Below are positions 19,192 to 29,258 of a stretch of 64,000 nt of DNA, piece by piece. The notes beneath the pieces were generated by a model that saw only the letters and a program-made list of their open reading frames with translations, was not told the DNA's origin and did no database searches. The position numbers were made by a program, and so were the translations under genes. The DNA lies in IMG/VR virus record IMGVR_UViG_3300028535_000001; one strand, written 5' to 3'. Source of the stretch: a virus. Position 1 is the stretch's first letter; each line of letters begins with the position of its first letter.

Positions 19192-19853
19192 GCCTTAAAC
19201 ACTTCGGAAATTGCCCATTCTCTTTCTTTACACCAGAAACAGGTATTACCACAACCAGTTTCAGGTCCTATACATGAAGTTGTCATGTCTAATAGATCAA
19301 CAATACCTTGGTCTTTGAATTCCTGGACAATAAATCTCTTATCAATCTCTATGAAAGGAGTAGTATGATTTATATCTGCTACTCTTTGATTTTTAGAGAA
19401 GTCTTTACCACCTTTAATACGGAATAACTCACCACCAAATGTTTTCTGAACATCTTCAGGTGGTCCTAATGATGTACCATGATATGTATGGTCAATTATA
19501 CCACTTGCTTCTAATTGTTTAACAAGTGGTCTAATGTAATCTTGTTTAGCACCATTTTTACCACCATCTGTATCAAATATTGTAGATAGAGGCCACTTGA
19601 TTGATACCCTTGGACATCGCTTTCTAATATATGGGATTATTTCTGGTAGACCATTTGAGTCACCTGGTGCCCACATATCATAACCATTAAATGGTTGTAT
19701 CTTTATATTTAAACCTTTTTCTCTAATAGTATTAGCTAAAAGATAACATAACAAAGTACTATCAGCACCACCTGACATGGCGACACCGATAGTTTCTTCA
19801 TTTAAATGTTCAAGGTTTAACTCAATTAATCCAAATTTGTTATCATATTTCAT
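19188..19853 (-). CDS. QueC-like PP-loop ATPase
   Basis: MSGGADST PP-loop; PF...DK; TTSC....GCG.CFWC.ER Cys cluster. Confidence 0.72.
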   Translation of the reverse strand: MKYDNKFGLIELNLEHLNEETIGVAMSGGADSTLLCYLLANTIREKGLNIKIQPFNGYDMWAPGDSNGLPEIIPYIRKRCPRVSIKWPLSTIFDTDGGKNGAKQDYIRPLVKQLEASGIIDHTYHGTSLGPPEDVQKTFGGELFRIKGGKDFSKNQRVADINHTTPFIEIDKRFIVQEFKDQGIVDLLDMTTSCIGPETGCGNTCFWCKEREWAISEVFKA

Positions 19854-19931
19854 ATTTTAAATTGACCTATACAATTGGTAATGGTCGTTAATTAATGCCG
19901 AGGATTCTCTTAATTTGTCTCGGTCCTGCTT

Positions 19932-20399
19932 TCAGCTAGGCTTATATTCTTCATAACAAGTTTTACCTGTACCACTTCTGTAAGCACGTAAAATTTGTTT
20001 TCTATTATCTTCACTCTTATAAGAACAATGTATCCACCCACTGTTAGGTTCTTCTAATTTGTGGTATTCCAAAATCATTTGGTCAAACTCCAAGTTGTCT
20101 GTTATCCACTTACATAATTCAGCGTTAGATAATCCAAAAATTTCAAAATCGGCCGCTTCCCCTTTGGCATGCTGGGAATTTTGTGATGATCCTATTGCCA
20201 CACACAATTCCGGACTACGGTACCCACTTGATACTGTAACCACTTTGCTATAATGATCTCTAACTTTTTGTAATACATTCTCACATAACATTTTTAACTT
20301 ATTAATCTGATCTTCGTTAGGGTTATTATTAATACCCTTACGTTCAGCTGTTTGTGAAGCTGTCAATTCTTTTAAACTAAAGTTACTACTTAATTTCAT
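19932..20399 (-). CDS. Peptidase M15 (D-Ala-D-Ala peptidase/endolysin-like)
   Basis: SSGYRS, SQH..GEAAD, WIHCS. Confidence 0.9.
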   Translation of the reverse strand: MKLSSNFSLKELTASQTAERKGINNNPNEDQINKLKMLCENVLQKVRDHYSKVVTVSSGYRSPELCVAIGSSQNSQHAKGEAADFEIFGLSNAELCKWITDNLEFDQMILEYHKLEEPNSGWIHCSYKSEDNRKQILRAYRSGTGKTCYEEYKPS

Positions 20400-20402
20400 T
20401 AA

Positions 20403-20807
20403 TTATCCTCTTGTTATTTTTAATATCTTCTCAATCTGTGCCTTGATAATTGGACCTCTGTTAGGCCAATGTATGTAAGGTTCAGTTGTTTTACTTAAAT
20501 TATATAAAAAAGGCAATACTATTTTCTCTATATCTTTGAATTTAATTTTAACTGATTCATCTGATATTTCTTTTGTAATAGTATCCTTCTCTGCCACGAT
20601 TTGCATAATTTCGTTCATCATAGATTTTATAGATGAAACATCGTCTTTAACTTTTGAAATTTCTAACGTTGATGATTCAATAGCCTTATTAGTTTCTGTA
20701 GTATCTACAACAGGTACGTCCTGTGTAGGCATTGATGAAACTGGAGTCACTCCCCAATTATCCGTTAGGTCAAAGCCTCTCATATAATCTGGTATATCTT
20801 TTGCCAT
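20403..20807 (-). CDS. Conserved T4-like phage hypothetical protein
   Basis: LPFLYNL.K..EPYIHWPNR. Confidence 0.7.
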   Translation of the reverse strand: MAKDIPDYMRGFDLTDNWGVTPVSSMPTQDVPVVDTTETNKAIESSTLEISKVKDDVSSIKSMMNEIMQIVAEKDTITKEISDESVKIKFKDIEKIVLPFLYNLSKTTEPYIHWPNRGPIIKAQIEKILKITRG

Positions 20808-20808
20808 A

Positions 20809-21126
20809 TTATTTTGCTCCTTTTTTACTTTGTCTTGCTAGGTGTTTTTTGATTACTTTCTTTGTTGCTATATCTTTCGCCGATCTTTTTCCATATCTAT
20901 TTGCTAATTCACTTCCTGGGTGGGCTTCTGCTATACGTGATAGATTATCTTTCCAACCACTATCGTTCTTCATATTAACACCTAAAACACCACCAACTAT
21001 ATTTATGGGTTGTGGTACTTGTGTTATATGCTTATTTTTCTTCATATAAATCTCCATTTCTGCAATGGACATCATTTCTGTAAATTCTTTTTTATTTCTT
21101 TTATTTCTAAACGTGTAAATTGGCAT
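20809..21126 (-). CDS. FmdB-like regulatory protein
   Basis: MPIYTF, GWKDNLSRIAEAHPGS. Confidence 0.6.
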   Translation of the reverse strand: MPIYTFRNKRNKKEFTEMMSIAEMEIYMKKNKHITQVPQPINIVGGVLGVNMKNDSGWKDNLSRIAEAHPGSELANRYGKRSAKDIATKKVIKKHLARQSKKGAK

Positions 21127-21520
21127 TAGCAATCCTTATAATTCTGTTTATTAATTCACCTAATCCATTTTGTCTTTGCATAGTAAGTAATTCTCTTATG
21201 CCTAATGGAACAAAACTATCTACTGTAAGATTGGCAACTTCTTCTACTGGTTGTCCATTAACTATTTCAGTTACCACTTTGGCAGTACCTCTAGTTATGT
21301 GTGCCTCACCATCTATTTGATACATCATACTATTATCTTCTCTCTTTCCACCAATAATCCATAATTTACTAGCACAACCATGTATTCTATTTTCTTCTGT
21401 CTTAACAACTTCTGGTAATGCCTCTACGTCTTTTGCTCTATCTACCAAATATTGTATTCTGTCAATTCCTGTTAATGTCTTTAGATTATCACCAGCTTCT
21501 TTAATTCTTTCAGTTATCAT
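21107..21520 (-). CDS. sufE: SufE Fe-S assembly sulfur acceptor
   Basis: ENRIHGCASKLW, A.ITRG, LGI.ELLT.QR.NGL. Confidence 0.88.
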   Translation of the reverse strand: MITERIKEAGDNLKTLTGIDRIQYLVDRAKDVEALPEVVKTEENRIHGCASKLWIIGGKREDNSMMYQIDGEAHITRGTAKVVTEIVNGQPVEEVANLTVDSFVPLGIRELLTMQRQNGLGELINRIIRIANANLHV

Positions 21521-21719
21521 TATTCTTTAAATCTTCACACTTGCTACTGTCACCTAAACAATCAAAAAATTTCTCCATTGCAGTCAGTTCAGGTTCCTCT
21601 TTATAAAAATCTGGACATCCATCGTCTGTACAATAGTGTTTATTTTTTGTACTACAACCACTTAATAACACAACTGTAATTGTTAATAACATTAAGAATA
21701 AAGTTATATTTCTAAGCAT
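21510..21719 (-). CDS. Small lipoprotein
   Basis: Lipobox LSGC. Confidence 0.6.
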   Translation of the reverse strand: MLRNITLFLMLLTITVVLLSGCSTKNKHYCTDDGCPDFYKEEPELTAMEKFFDCLGDSSKCEDLKNNDN

Positions 21720-21867
21720 AAAATCCTTTAATAACTAATGACATACCAAATTATTCCTTCATCTTTTAAAAATTGTTCTATTTCTGGCCATTGACTTGCT
21801 GGAAAATCATGTACCAACGTATTCTCTCCTACATCTTTGTAAATCACTAACCTCATATATCATGCTA

Positions 21868-22056
21868 CTAATCTGCCCAAAAATTTAAATATATCAACCA
21901 AGGTACTAATATTGGATATACCACGTGTTCTACTATTTCATATAATATTGCTAATGTTAACAGTATTGCCCAAAACTTTGAGTTCTTTGCTTTTTCTGAA
22001 AGTTTGCTAAATATTTTAGAGTGCCATATTCCTATTTTTTTTATTATTGCTTCCAT
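21868..22056 (-). CDS. Small membrane protein
   Basis: Hydrophobic WAILLTLAILYEIVEH. Confidence 0.5.
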   Translation of the reverse strand: MEAIIKKIGIWHSKIFSKLSEKAKNSKFWAILLTLAILYEIVEHVVYPILVPWLIYLNFWAD

Positions 22057-22057
22057 G

Positions 22058-22282
22058 TTATAATGCCTTTCCAAAAGTGCCAATTGGCACTACATCAGAA
22101 TGTAAAGCGCCTGTCTTTCTATTATCGTAATACTTTTTAAATCCCATATCTTCAAAGTAAAATGCTATATCTTCAGCTGGTACTTGGTCTGATACTATAC
22201 AATCATATAGACTTTCATATGAATGTGGATGTGGCCAAGAGTCACATACAACCTTATTTATTTTTTTGTTTTTTCTTTTCAT
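22058..22282 (-). CDS. Hypothetical protein
   Basis: ORF in a run of small genes. Confidence 0.55.
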   Translation of the reverse strand: MKRKNKKINKVVCDSWPHPHSYESLYDCIVSDQVPAEDIAFYFEDMGFKKYYDNRKTGALHSDVVPIGTFGKAL

Positions 22283-22484
22283 TTAGTATCCTTCCATAAT
22301 TAGGCCAACCAAATTTATCCGGCGACTCATCTGTATATCTCCAACGAATAACTCCTGTATCAGGATTTCTTTCGTATATTTTTTCTTTTGTTTCTTTTTT
22401 TACCACTTGAAGTAGCTCCTTTATGTCTTTAACCTTTTTGTAAATTAACTGCCGAAGGTCCTTTTTGACCTTCTTCAACTTCAA
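22254..22484 (-). CDS. Hypothetical protein (true start probably downstream of the csp gene)
   Basis: [14 protein letters not shown] motif; 5' part overlaps the csp gene. Confidence 0.45.
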   Translation of the reverse strand: MKLKKVKKDLRQLIYKKVKDIKELLQVVKKETKEKIYERNPDTGVIRWRYTDESPDKFGWPNYGRILNEKKKQKNK

Positions 22485-22632
22485 AAGTTATTGCGTCACC
22501 TTCATTTAGTTCTAAACCTGCGTCTTTAACTGCTGAAGTATGTACAAAAACATCTTTTTCATTGTCTTCTCTTGCTATGAAACCGTAACCTTTTGTAGGG
22601 TTAAACCATTTCACTTTTCCTTTTATACTCAT
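22429..22632 (-). CDS. cspA: Cold-shock protein
   Basis: GKVKWFN..KGYGFI (RNP1), DVFVH (RNP2), KGPSAVNL. Confidence 0.95.
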   Translation of the reverse strand: MSIKGKVKWFNPTKGYGFIAREDNEKDVFVHTSAVKDAGLELNEGDAITFEVEEGQKGPSAVNLQKG

Positions 22633-22653
22633 CTTATTTTTTTCTCCTTTCCT

Positions 22654-23699
22654 TTAATCTTTTCCCTCAATACTAGTCCCTTTGAAAGGATCATTTTCTG
22701 TATCTCTTTTATCTTCATTAAATTTATCTTGTATTTTTGAATCAACATAAGGAGTCTCAATCTCAATCTCTGCTACATCTTCGTATGTTACCTTAATGTC
22801 TGATAGTCCTTCTCTTAAAATCTTTTCTTCCTCTATTGTATAAGGCCTCTTTTGTTTTATATCCATAACACAATAATTGCTAATAATATAAGAGCATATC
22901 TTGGTACGTGAAATTCTCCAAGTAACCATTTTTTAGCGTCTTTTAAATAATCCATCATTTCCTTTCCTTTTTATTGTTTGTATAGTCTTTACTTTTAAAA
23001 CTTTTACCAGTATTTAAAACTGATCCTTTTCTACCAAATATTTCATTATAATTATCCTTATATTTTTTGGTAGTTATTCTACTTCTACCATCCCATTTAA
23101 ATGTAGTAGATTTTGTTAATCTACCTTTACCTGGCATTTACTTTTTCTCTATTTTTTTACAAGTTTCTGTATCAGCTGGGTGTTCTTTTTCAGTAAACCA
23201 TATGTAAGAATAAACTATATGGTTATCTTTTTCCATACATTTCTTACCAAATGATATTTCTTTTCCAGAACAGGCTGTAATTACAAAAAGTAATAATAAA
23301 AACGTCATTATTTTACCCATAGTATTTTAACTCCTTCTCTTTCATTTTTAATTTTATCAATAATTTCTTTAAACATCGTATCTATTTCCATTACAGTATC
23401 CCATAAAGTACTCATATCAGCATACTGTTTTGATAACATAAACAACATCAATATTATACAAATAGAGTTTAATAATACTGCAATTTTAATAATCATTAAT
23501 GTAAATTTTTATTATACAAATCTTCTCTATTATATTTTTTACACAACTTAACAAATACACCATGCCAAAAGGTCTTAGCCCAATCTTCGGTAGAGTTTTT
23601 ACAAGCTCTAACAGCATTGTTTATAAGTCTTTCAACCTTGTATTTTCCTTCAGTTATTCTTTCTATATCTATCGGTGCCATCATTATACTATACCTCAT
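22654..23699 (-). other. Run of small hypothetical ORFs (about 22654-22866, 22955-23137, 23138-23320, 23308-23496, 23496-23699), one a lipoprotein
   Basis: Tightly coupled minus-strand ORFs; ITAC lipobox in 23138-23320. Confidence 0.55.
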
Positions 23700-24002
23700 T
23701 TACTTATCTTTGTCAAGCCTCGGGTGAGGTGTTACTTTTATTTCTTTACAAACCGCCTCTATTCCTTCATCTAATATTCTGCTTACTTTACAATCGTAAC
23801 CAGTTATCTTTGATAAAGCAACATCGTTGGTTGTAGGCATATCATTAGCCGCTAAAGCCACGTCTACACCTGTTTTTGTAAATGTTATTGTCTTATACGT
23901 TTCATATGTACCTGCACTTGTACCAATCCACGCTGGTAGGGTTCCACACCCATTCAATGCCACGAGCAATAATATTACACTAATTAGTTTTATTCTTATC
24001 AT
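23700..24002 (-). CDS. Lipoprotein
   Basis: Lipobox LNGC. Confidence 0.6.
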   Translation of the reverse strand: MIRIKLISVILLLVALNGCGTLPAWIGTSAGTYETYKTITFTKTGVDVALAANDMPTTNDVALSKITGYDCKVSRILDEGIEAVCKEIKVTPHPRLDKDK

Positions 24003-24909
24003 CTAAATTCACTATTTGGTTTAACTTTAACCTAATCTCATCTGGACTCATATCATAGTCTTTTACCACATTTTTATAACGTTTTAAATACTTATTATTT
24101 CTTATCAATCTGGCTATTTTTCTTTCTAAATTTTCTTTCTTTACAGATAGTGTTAGTTGTTTTTTCATTGATCTTTGTTTCAATGATATATTAGCCGCTA
24201 TCAATAGTAATACTGCTAATGGATCAAATACAAATATTAATACTACTATAACCCACCTAACAGCCTCATCAAAATGGTCTTTTGCCTGTTCTCCATATAT
24301 TAATTCAGCAATATATTTAATAGGTCCTACTTCGGCCTCTATCTTATCTTGTTCTAATGCTAAAACTGATTTTTCAGTTATTAAAATTGCAATCTCATCA
24401 CTTGCACTATAGATTGCCTCATTTAAAAGGTCTCTTTCTTCTTTTTGTGCCTTTCTTTCTTTAAGTCCACGAGTCACATATTCTTTGTCTATATAGACTT
24501 CTAATGCCTTATCTAATAATTCTAATTGTTTTTCTGCTCGTACTACGATTAAATTTTGTTGATTAATTCGTTTATCTAATAATTCTATCTTAATATTATT
24601 ACCAGATATTGGTTTAACTTGATCTAGGTGTGCCTTTGATAGGAAACCAAAGATACCCATAGAGGTTATGAATACTAATACTATAATTGCTATAAACAGA
24701 TATGTTTTTAAAATTCTAGGTATATCTGAGCGCCAATTATGATATAGCCAAGTAGCGGCCACTAATTTACCAACTTCTAAAGCACTACCCATTGCAATAA
24801 TAGGTACAACAGCACCTGCGAATAGAGTTGCCAATCCTACAATAGAATAACCAGCGGCTATTACAGATATAGAAATAGCAGTTATAAATGTTAATAAAAT
24901 TAAGAACAT
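23980..24909 (-). CDS. Multi-TM coiled-coil membrane protein
   Basis: Three N-terminal TMs, SMGIFGFLSKAH, EVGPIKY, FVFDPLAV. Confidence 0.75.
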   Translation of the reverse strand: MFLILLTFITAISISVIAAGYSIVGLATLFAGAVVPIIAMGSALEVGKLVAATWLYHNWRSDIPRILKTYLFIAIIVLVFITSMGIFGFLSKAHLDQVKPISGNNIKIELLDKRINQQNLIVVRAEKQLELLDKALEVYIDKEYVTRGLKERKAQKEERDLLNEAIYSASDEIAILITEKSVLALEQDKIEAEVGPIKYIAELIYGEQAKDHFDEAVRWVIVVLIFVFDPLAVLLLIAANISLKQRSMKKQLTLSVKKENLERKIARLIRNNKYLKRYKNVVKDYDMSPDEIRLKLNQIVNLDDKNKTN

Positions 24910-24910
24910 A

Positions 24911-25483
24911 TTAGTCTCTATAGTCTTTTCTTATCTTTTTAATAATACTTTTAACTTTCCAAAAGTAATCTTTATCAGTAGCATATGCTTCAAGCGTATC
25001 TACCAAATCTAAACTATCTGCACCTGTGGCCAATAGTTCTCTATATTTTTCATATAAAGTATGATTATTTAGAGTTTTAATATAGTGAGCAACACTATCA
25101 CACTCGTGTTGGTATACCTTAACTCCCCATTTTTTAGGATTGTTTGTAGGCAACATGTGTGGTTCTTTTAGATCATAGGTTCTCATACCAAATAGGTTTT
25201 TACCTACTCTAGCAAACCTACTATTTCCCCAACCCGACTCTAGAGCCGCTTGAGCTAATAATAAATCTAAATCCACTTCTACAAGTGTCTTGTCGTAAAA
25301 GTAAACAAAATCTACACATTGATTCACATTTTTTAAAAATTGTTCATTGTTTGTATATTCAAAATTAGGTTGTATTGGCACATCAGCCATTGCTTGTTTC
25401 TTATAAAAGTGTAAAGTAAATACACAAGCTATAACTATTACTACAAACATTAAAGTTCTTCCTATTGTTTTTATTGTTTTCAT
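24911..25483 (-). CDS. Glucosaminidase (GH73, Bax-like) muralytic enzyme
   Basis: AQAALESGWG.SRFA..GKNLFG, YATD..Y; N-terminal TM anchor. Confidence 0.88.
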   Translation of the reverse strand: MKTIKTIGRTLMFVVIVIACVFTLHFYKKQAMADVPIQPNFEYTNNEQFLKNVNQCVDFVYFYDKTLVEVDLDLLLAQAALESGWGNSRFARVGKNLFGMRTYDLKEPHMLPTNNPKKWGVKVYQHECDSVAHYIKTLNNHTLYEKYRELLATGADSLDLVDTLEAYATDKDYFWKVKSIIKKIRKDYRD

Positions 25484-25791
25484 AATTTCCTCGCTATGTA
25501 ATCGTATCCGACCCATTCTAATCCTTCTTCATCTGTAAATGATTCTAATTTAGATTGATATAAAGATAATCCTTCTTTCATTTTTGCAACTTTAGCAAAT
25601 ATAACAGCTGCCTGTTTATCTGTAAAATTATCATACACGTCTTTAGCCCAATTACCAGTGTAATAAGTTTTTGTTGTACCTGGTAGATTTGATGGTTTCT
25701 TCAATTGTTCTAATTGTATCAACGCCTCACCTACTCTGCCTTTCAGGTAAGGGTCAAGTTCTTTCACTTTCCTTCTCGTCATTTCACTCAT
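25480..25791 (-). CDS. Hypothetical protein
   Basis: Coupled ORF. Confidence 0.65.
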   Translation of the reverse strand: MSEMTRRKVKELDPYLKGRVGEALIQLEQLKKPSNLPGTTKTYYTGNWAKDVYDNFTDKQAAVIFAKVAKMKEGLSLYQSKLESFTDEEGLEWVGYDYIARKL

Positions 25792-26222
25792 TATAAATCT
25801 AATCCTATTCTATTTAATTTTGTTCGGTAACTATAAAACAAGGAGTTATGGTTACCAGTATCGCCTTCATTGACCATCTGATATAAATGTACCATTTCGT
25901 GTGCCAAAGTACATGCAAATTCTTTTTTATTAGTGTAGTAAGGTCTCATATGGAGTTGGTATTCTCTAGTTCCACGTCTATCCCAATCATAAGTTAATAC
26001 TTGACCATATATTTTTTCTTTTCTTTGGTGATCTCTGATCTGTTTAATCATTATCTTGTTAAACGGAGATAACTTGTTGTTAAAAATTAGTTCATTTAGC
26101 ATAATAAAATACTTCTTAATATCTTTATAAGTTGTTTTATATTTTCTGGATTTATTTTTAAGGTCTATCTGAATGATCCTTTTAGTTTTGGTGATTCTTG
26201 ACTTTACTGATTTTCTTAACAT
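25791..26222 (-). CDS. SprT-like zinc metalloprotease
   Basis: TLAHEMVHLYQ...H (HExxH). Confidence 0.8.
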   Translation of the reverse strand: MLRKSVKSRITKTKRIIQIDLKNKSRKYKTTYKDIKKYFIMLNELIFNNKLSPFNKIMIKQIRDHQRKEKIYGQVLTYDWDRRGTREYQLHMRPYYTNKKEFACTLAHEMVHLYQMVNEGDTGNHNSLFYSYRTKLNRIGLDL

Positions 26223-26252
26223 ACTTACTTTTTCCTCTGTTTAAGTTAATCA

Positions 26253-26585
26253 TTATATACAATCTTTATCAAGTGCTTTAGTATCTTCCAATAATTTACA
26301 CTTATACTCGTGGTCAGCCTTTAATCTTAATTCTGTCATTACAGAATCTAAAATGTATGGCAAATGTTTCTGTATAACTGAAATCATTTCCAAAGCATAA
26401 AGGTGTCCAAGTCTTTCTAGTTCACTTTCTAGGATAGCCTTGTTGTCAATGTCACTGTTTTTAATAGTTTCTGATATAACATGTCCAATAACTGCGTTAG
26501 TGTAGTCATCTGCCTTTGCTATACTTGATAAACCGAACCATAATGTGCTACAGATTATCAATATTGTCGCTAAAAACTTTTTCAT
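26253..26585 (-). CDS. Exported hypothetical protein
   Basis: Signal peptide MKKFLA...AKA. Confidence 0.65.
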   Translation of the reverse strand: MKKFLATILIICSTLWFGLSSIAKADDYTNAVIGHVISETIKNSDIDNKAILESELERLGHLYALEMISVIQKHLPYILDSVMTELRLKADHEYKCKLLEDTKALDKDCI

Positions 26586-26615
26586 AATATAATATACCTT
26601 TCTTTTTATATATTT

Positions 26616-26644
26616 ATTATATACCAAACCACTAGAATAGTCAA
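26616..26644 (-). promoter_or_regulatory. sigma70-like early promoter
   Basis: TTGACT-17-TATAAT. Confidence 0.75.
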
Positions 26645-26681
26645 GCGAAAAATATATTTAAAAAGCGTGTAAAATAAGGGT

Positions 26682-26715
26682 TTTTTAAGGGTACGGTATG
26701 TCGCACCCTTAAAAA
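26682..26715 (-). terminator. Probable terminator hairpin
   Basis: TTTTTAAGGGT.CG / CG.ACCCTTAAAAA inverted repeat. Confidence 0.55.
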
Positions 26716-26723
26716 GTGAGGTT

Positions 26724-27251
26724 TTAAGTCAATAATTCGTTAAGAATCGACTTGTTTGTCTGTTGCATAAATTCATCTGACCAGTTAAAAGCCTCTTTGA
26801 CCATCTGAGCCGTTAATCCTTTATACATGTTGTTGATTTTTTTGTCTTTGATACCAATCATAACCTCAGCGTCCTTTTCGTGTAAAGATTCTAATAAACC
26901 AAGGAACATCTTTTCTTTATGTAATCTGGTAATTTCTGGATCAGCACCTTTAACAAAGTGCCATAGTTTCTTACTTGCGAATAATAGACTTGTATGTTCT
27001 GTTCCTGCTGGAGCTTCATTTGCTATGTAAGGAGGTCTTCCTTCTGGTAAATCAAACTCTATTTTAGGATCAAATGCAGCCTTAAGCAGGCCTCTCATTG
27101 CTTGGTTGTTGTGTTGTTTTAAGATTGCTATCTTTTTTGGTTTATCTTTAGCATTGTTAATTTCCGTAAAAATCTCGTGGACAGTAGGTTCTCCTGAGCC
27201 TGCTGTTCTGGAAGCCGCCGCTAATGATGGATTTATTTTTGCTATTGCCAT
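26724..27251 (-). CDS. Conserved T4-like hypothetical protein
   Basis: LPEG.PPY, E.MF..LLE.LH..DAE; typical rnh neighbour. Confidence 0.75.
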   Translation of the reverse strand: MAIAKINPSLAAASRTAGSGEPTVHEIFTEINNAKDKPKKIAILKQHNNQAMRGLLKAAFDPKIEFDLPEGRPPYIANEAPAGTEHTSLLFASKKLWHFVKGADPEITRLHKEKMFLGLLESLHEKDAEVMIGIKDKKINNMYKGLTAQMVKEAFNWSDEFMQQTNKSILNELLT

Positions 27252-27272
27252 AATTTATTCTCCATATATATG

Positions 27273-28124
27273 TTAGAAGTCATTTACTTGTTCAATCAAT
27301 GTCTTCAATTTGTTTTTCATAAAGTAATTTAACAGGAGCGACCTGTCTTTAGCTTTATAATTCTTGTAAGTATTTATAATACTTTTTTCTATGTGTTCTG
27401 GTATTTGAGACAAGTCAATTAGTCTCTTATTCCGTTGGTAGTTCTTCTTAATTGATGGTTCTATGTCTAATGATGTTTCTATATCAGTAAACTCAGCCAA
27501 TCTTTTCTTATTAATAGGTCTCTGCCTAACTCCCTTATCTAAAAATATATCATCGGCACTCAATACGTTTGGTACACCGTCTGATCTATCACCCTTAATA
27601 ATCTGTTCATGTAAGAATTGTATAGGGTCTTCGTTTTCACCAATAAAACCTTTTAATATTGGACTGAATTGGTAAACGTCTCCATAATGGTGTAGTTGGA
27701 TAAAATCTTTGTCACCAGATACTATCAAATACTTATCTTCTTCTCTCAATTTTATAAGACTAGCAATAATATCATCTGCCTCTGCTTTGGCAACATGCAT
27801 AACAATATATGGAAAGTTTTCTATTAGTTCATTCTTAATGGTCAACATTATATCAAATATATTGTCCCAATCTGTATCTGAATCTACTCTACCTTTTCGT
27901 CTACCATGTTTATAAAGTGTAAATATTTCTCTACGCCAAGGATTGGGAGCGTCTGAACATAATATCATTTTACCATACTCGTCTCTAAATTTTATATTAA
28001 AACCTCTCAATGAATTTAAAACCATCTGTCTCACCATATCTAAATTAGGTTTAACTTCTGGCTTACCTCTAGTCTGAACCATTAAGTTAGATATTAATAC
28101 TTGATTTAAATCCACTAGTATCAT
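27273..28124 (-). CDS. rnh: RNase H / 5'-3' exonuclease (T4 rnh)
   Basis: MILVDLNQ, YK.GR, EADDII, SGDKDF.QL, GDRSDGVPN. Confidence 0.93.
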   Translation of the reverse strand: MILVDLNQVLISNLMVQTRGKPEVKPNLDMVRQMVLNSLRGFNIKFRDEYGKMILCSDAPNPWRREIFTLYKHGRRKGRVDSDTDWDNIFDIMLTIKNELIENFPYIVMHVAKAEADDIIASLIKLREEDKYLIVSGDKDFIQLHHYGDVYQFSPILKGFIGENEDPIQFLHEQIIKGDRSDGVPNVLSADDIFLDKGVRQRPINKKRLAEFTDIETSLDIEPSIKKNYQRNKRLIDLSQIPEHIEKSIINTYKNYKAKDRSLLLNYFMKNKLKTLIEQVNDF

Positions 28125-28333
28125 TATAGATATTCACTCCAATGTTTTTCTTTAACTAATTTACCTTTTAATTTTGCTCTTAATCTTCCCTTTAATATTT
28201 TTATTCTATACTTTATACCATCAATGGTTGTATGCATCCAACCACAATCGTGTGGTTCAATTTGTTTCTTAAACCATTTGTTTGTATCTTCTAATGTTTC
28301 TATTTGTTTTTGTAATTGTACTTTAGTTGACAT
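28124..28333 (-). CDS. Hypothetical protein
   Basis: GGAG RBS, coupled to rnh. Confidence 0.6.
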   Translation of the reverse strand: MSTKVQLQKQIETLEDTNKWFKKQIEPHDCGWMHTTIDGIKYRIKILKGRLRAKLKGKLVKEKHWSEYL

Positions 28334-28351
28334 AAATCTCCGTTTAAGTTG

Positions 28352-28377
28352 AATGGTGGCGATTTCTCGCCACCATT
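28352..28377 (-). terminator. Hairpin (terminator or processing site)
   Basis: AATGGTGGCGA-GAAA-TCGCCACCATT. Confidence 0.65.
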
Positions 28378-28395
28378 TTATATACTATATGTATA

Positions 28396-28692
28396 TTAGT
28401 TTTTGTAAGCGAAAGGCGTACCATACATTTCTTGTATACCAGCAGCTATAATAGCTTTTGTTGGTGTACCTACTCTGTAAGAAGTACCTTTTGCTCCTTT
28501 GTTGATATAGATCATATTACCTTGTGATCTTAATTTATCAACCATCGCTCTTGGCGATTGAAGGTCAAATCTGTTTCTCAAAATTTTCCAAGATACAGAC
28601 TCACCTCTATTCAAAAGATTTAATACCTTTTGAGTTTTGCTCATAGTAGGTCTTCCGACTCTACCAAAAGCTTTCTTTATAGATTTAAACAT
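28396..28692 (-). CDS. Winged-helix DNA-binding protein
   Basis: KVLNLL..GE.VSW, PRAMVDKLR..G..I, YR.G. Confidence 0.65.
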   Translation of the reverse strand: MFKSIKKAFGRVGRPTMSKTQKVLNLLNRGESVSWKILRNRFDLQSPRAMVDKLRSQGNMIYINKGAKGTSYRVGTPTKAIIAAGIQEMYGTPFAYKN

Positions 28693-28760
28693 TGTTTAAG
28701 TCTCCTTTTTTATTATTCACTATTTTACAACCTGCAAAGGCGATTCCAGTTGGAATTCCG

Positions 28761-29258
28761 TTAATCTTTATCATCATCTGTTTCTTCTGTAAAAAATTGG
28801 TTGGCACCATTTGATAGGTCGTCAACTTCTTCTTTTACCTCTTTACTAAATGGTCTAGTTGGTGTACGTTTAGCTTCTATTACCCTACTATAATCTATTT
28901 TAGCTGATCTATGACCATTCTTTAATTGTTTTATATCTACTAATTTGTCTGTTAAGGAGTGAGACGTATGTTTCATTCCAAAATCTCTGTAGATTAAACC
29001 TCTTAATGTGTCTACCACCATAGCCAAGTCTTTTGTAAATGTTAACTTATCTGTTTTTATGGCCATATCTAGAAAACTGTTTATTAATTTCATAACTATA
29101 TCATCTACAGCAGATTCAATATATTGTTTTGTTTGCTGTTTCTTTAATTGATCGTTAAGTTTGTTTTGAATTTTTTGACTTTGTTGATCTTTACCTACAC
29201 GCCTTACAATTTTATTTGTAGGAAATTGAATAATGTTTTTAATATCGTCATCGCTCAT
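28761..29258 (-). CDS. Hypothetical protein
   Basis: NIIQFP N-terminus; coupled ORF. Confidence 0.7.
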   Translation of the reverse strand: MSDDDIKNIIQFPTNKIVRRVGKDQQSQKIQNKLNDQLKKQQTKQYIESAVDDIVMKLINSFLDMAIKTDKLTFTKDLAMVVDTLRGLIYRDFGMKHTSHSLTDKLVDIKQLKNGHRSAKIDYSRVIEAKRTPTRPFSKEVKEEVDDLSNGANQFFTEETDDDKD

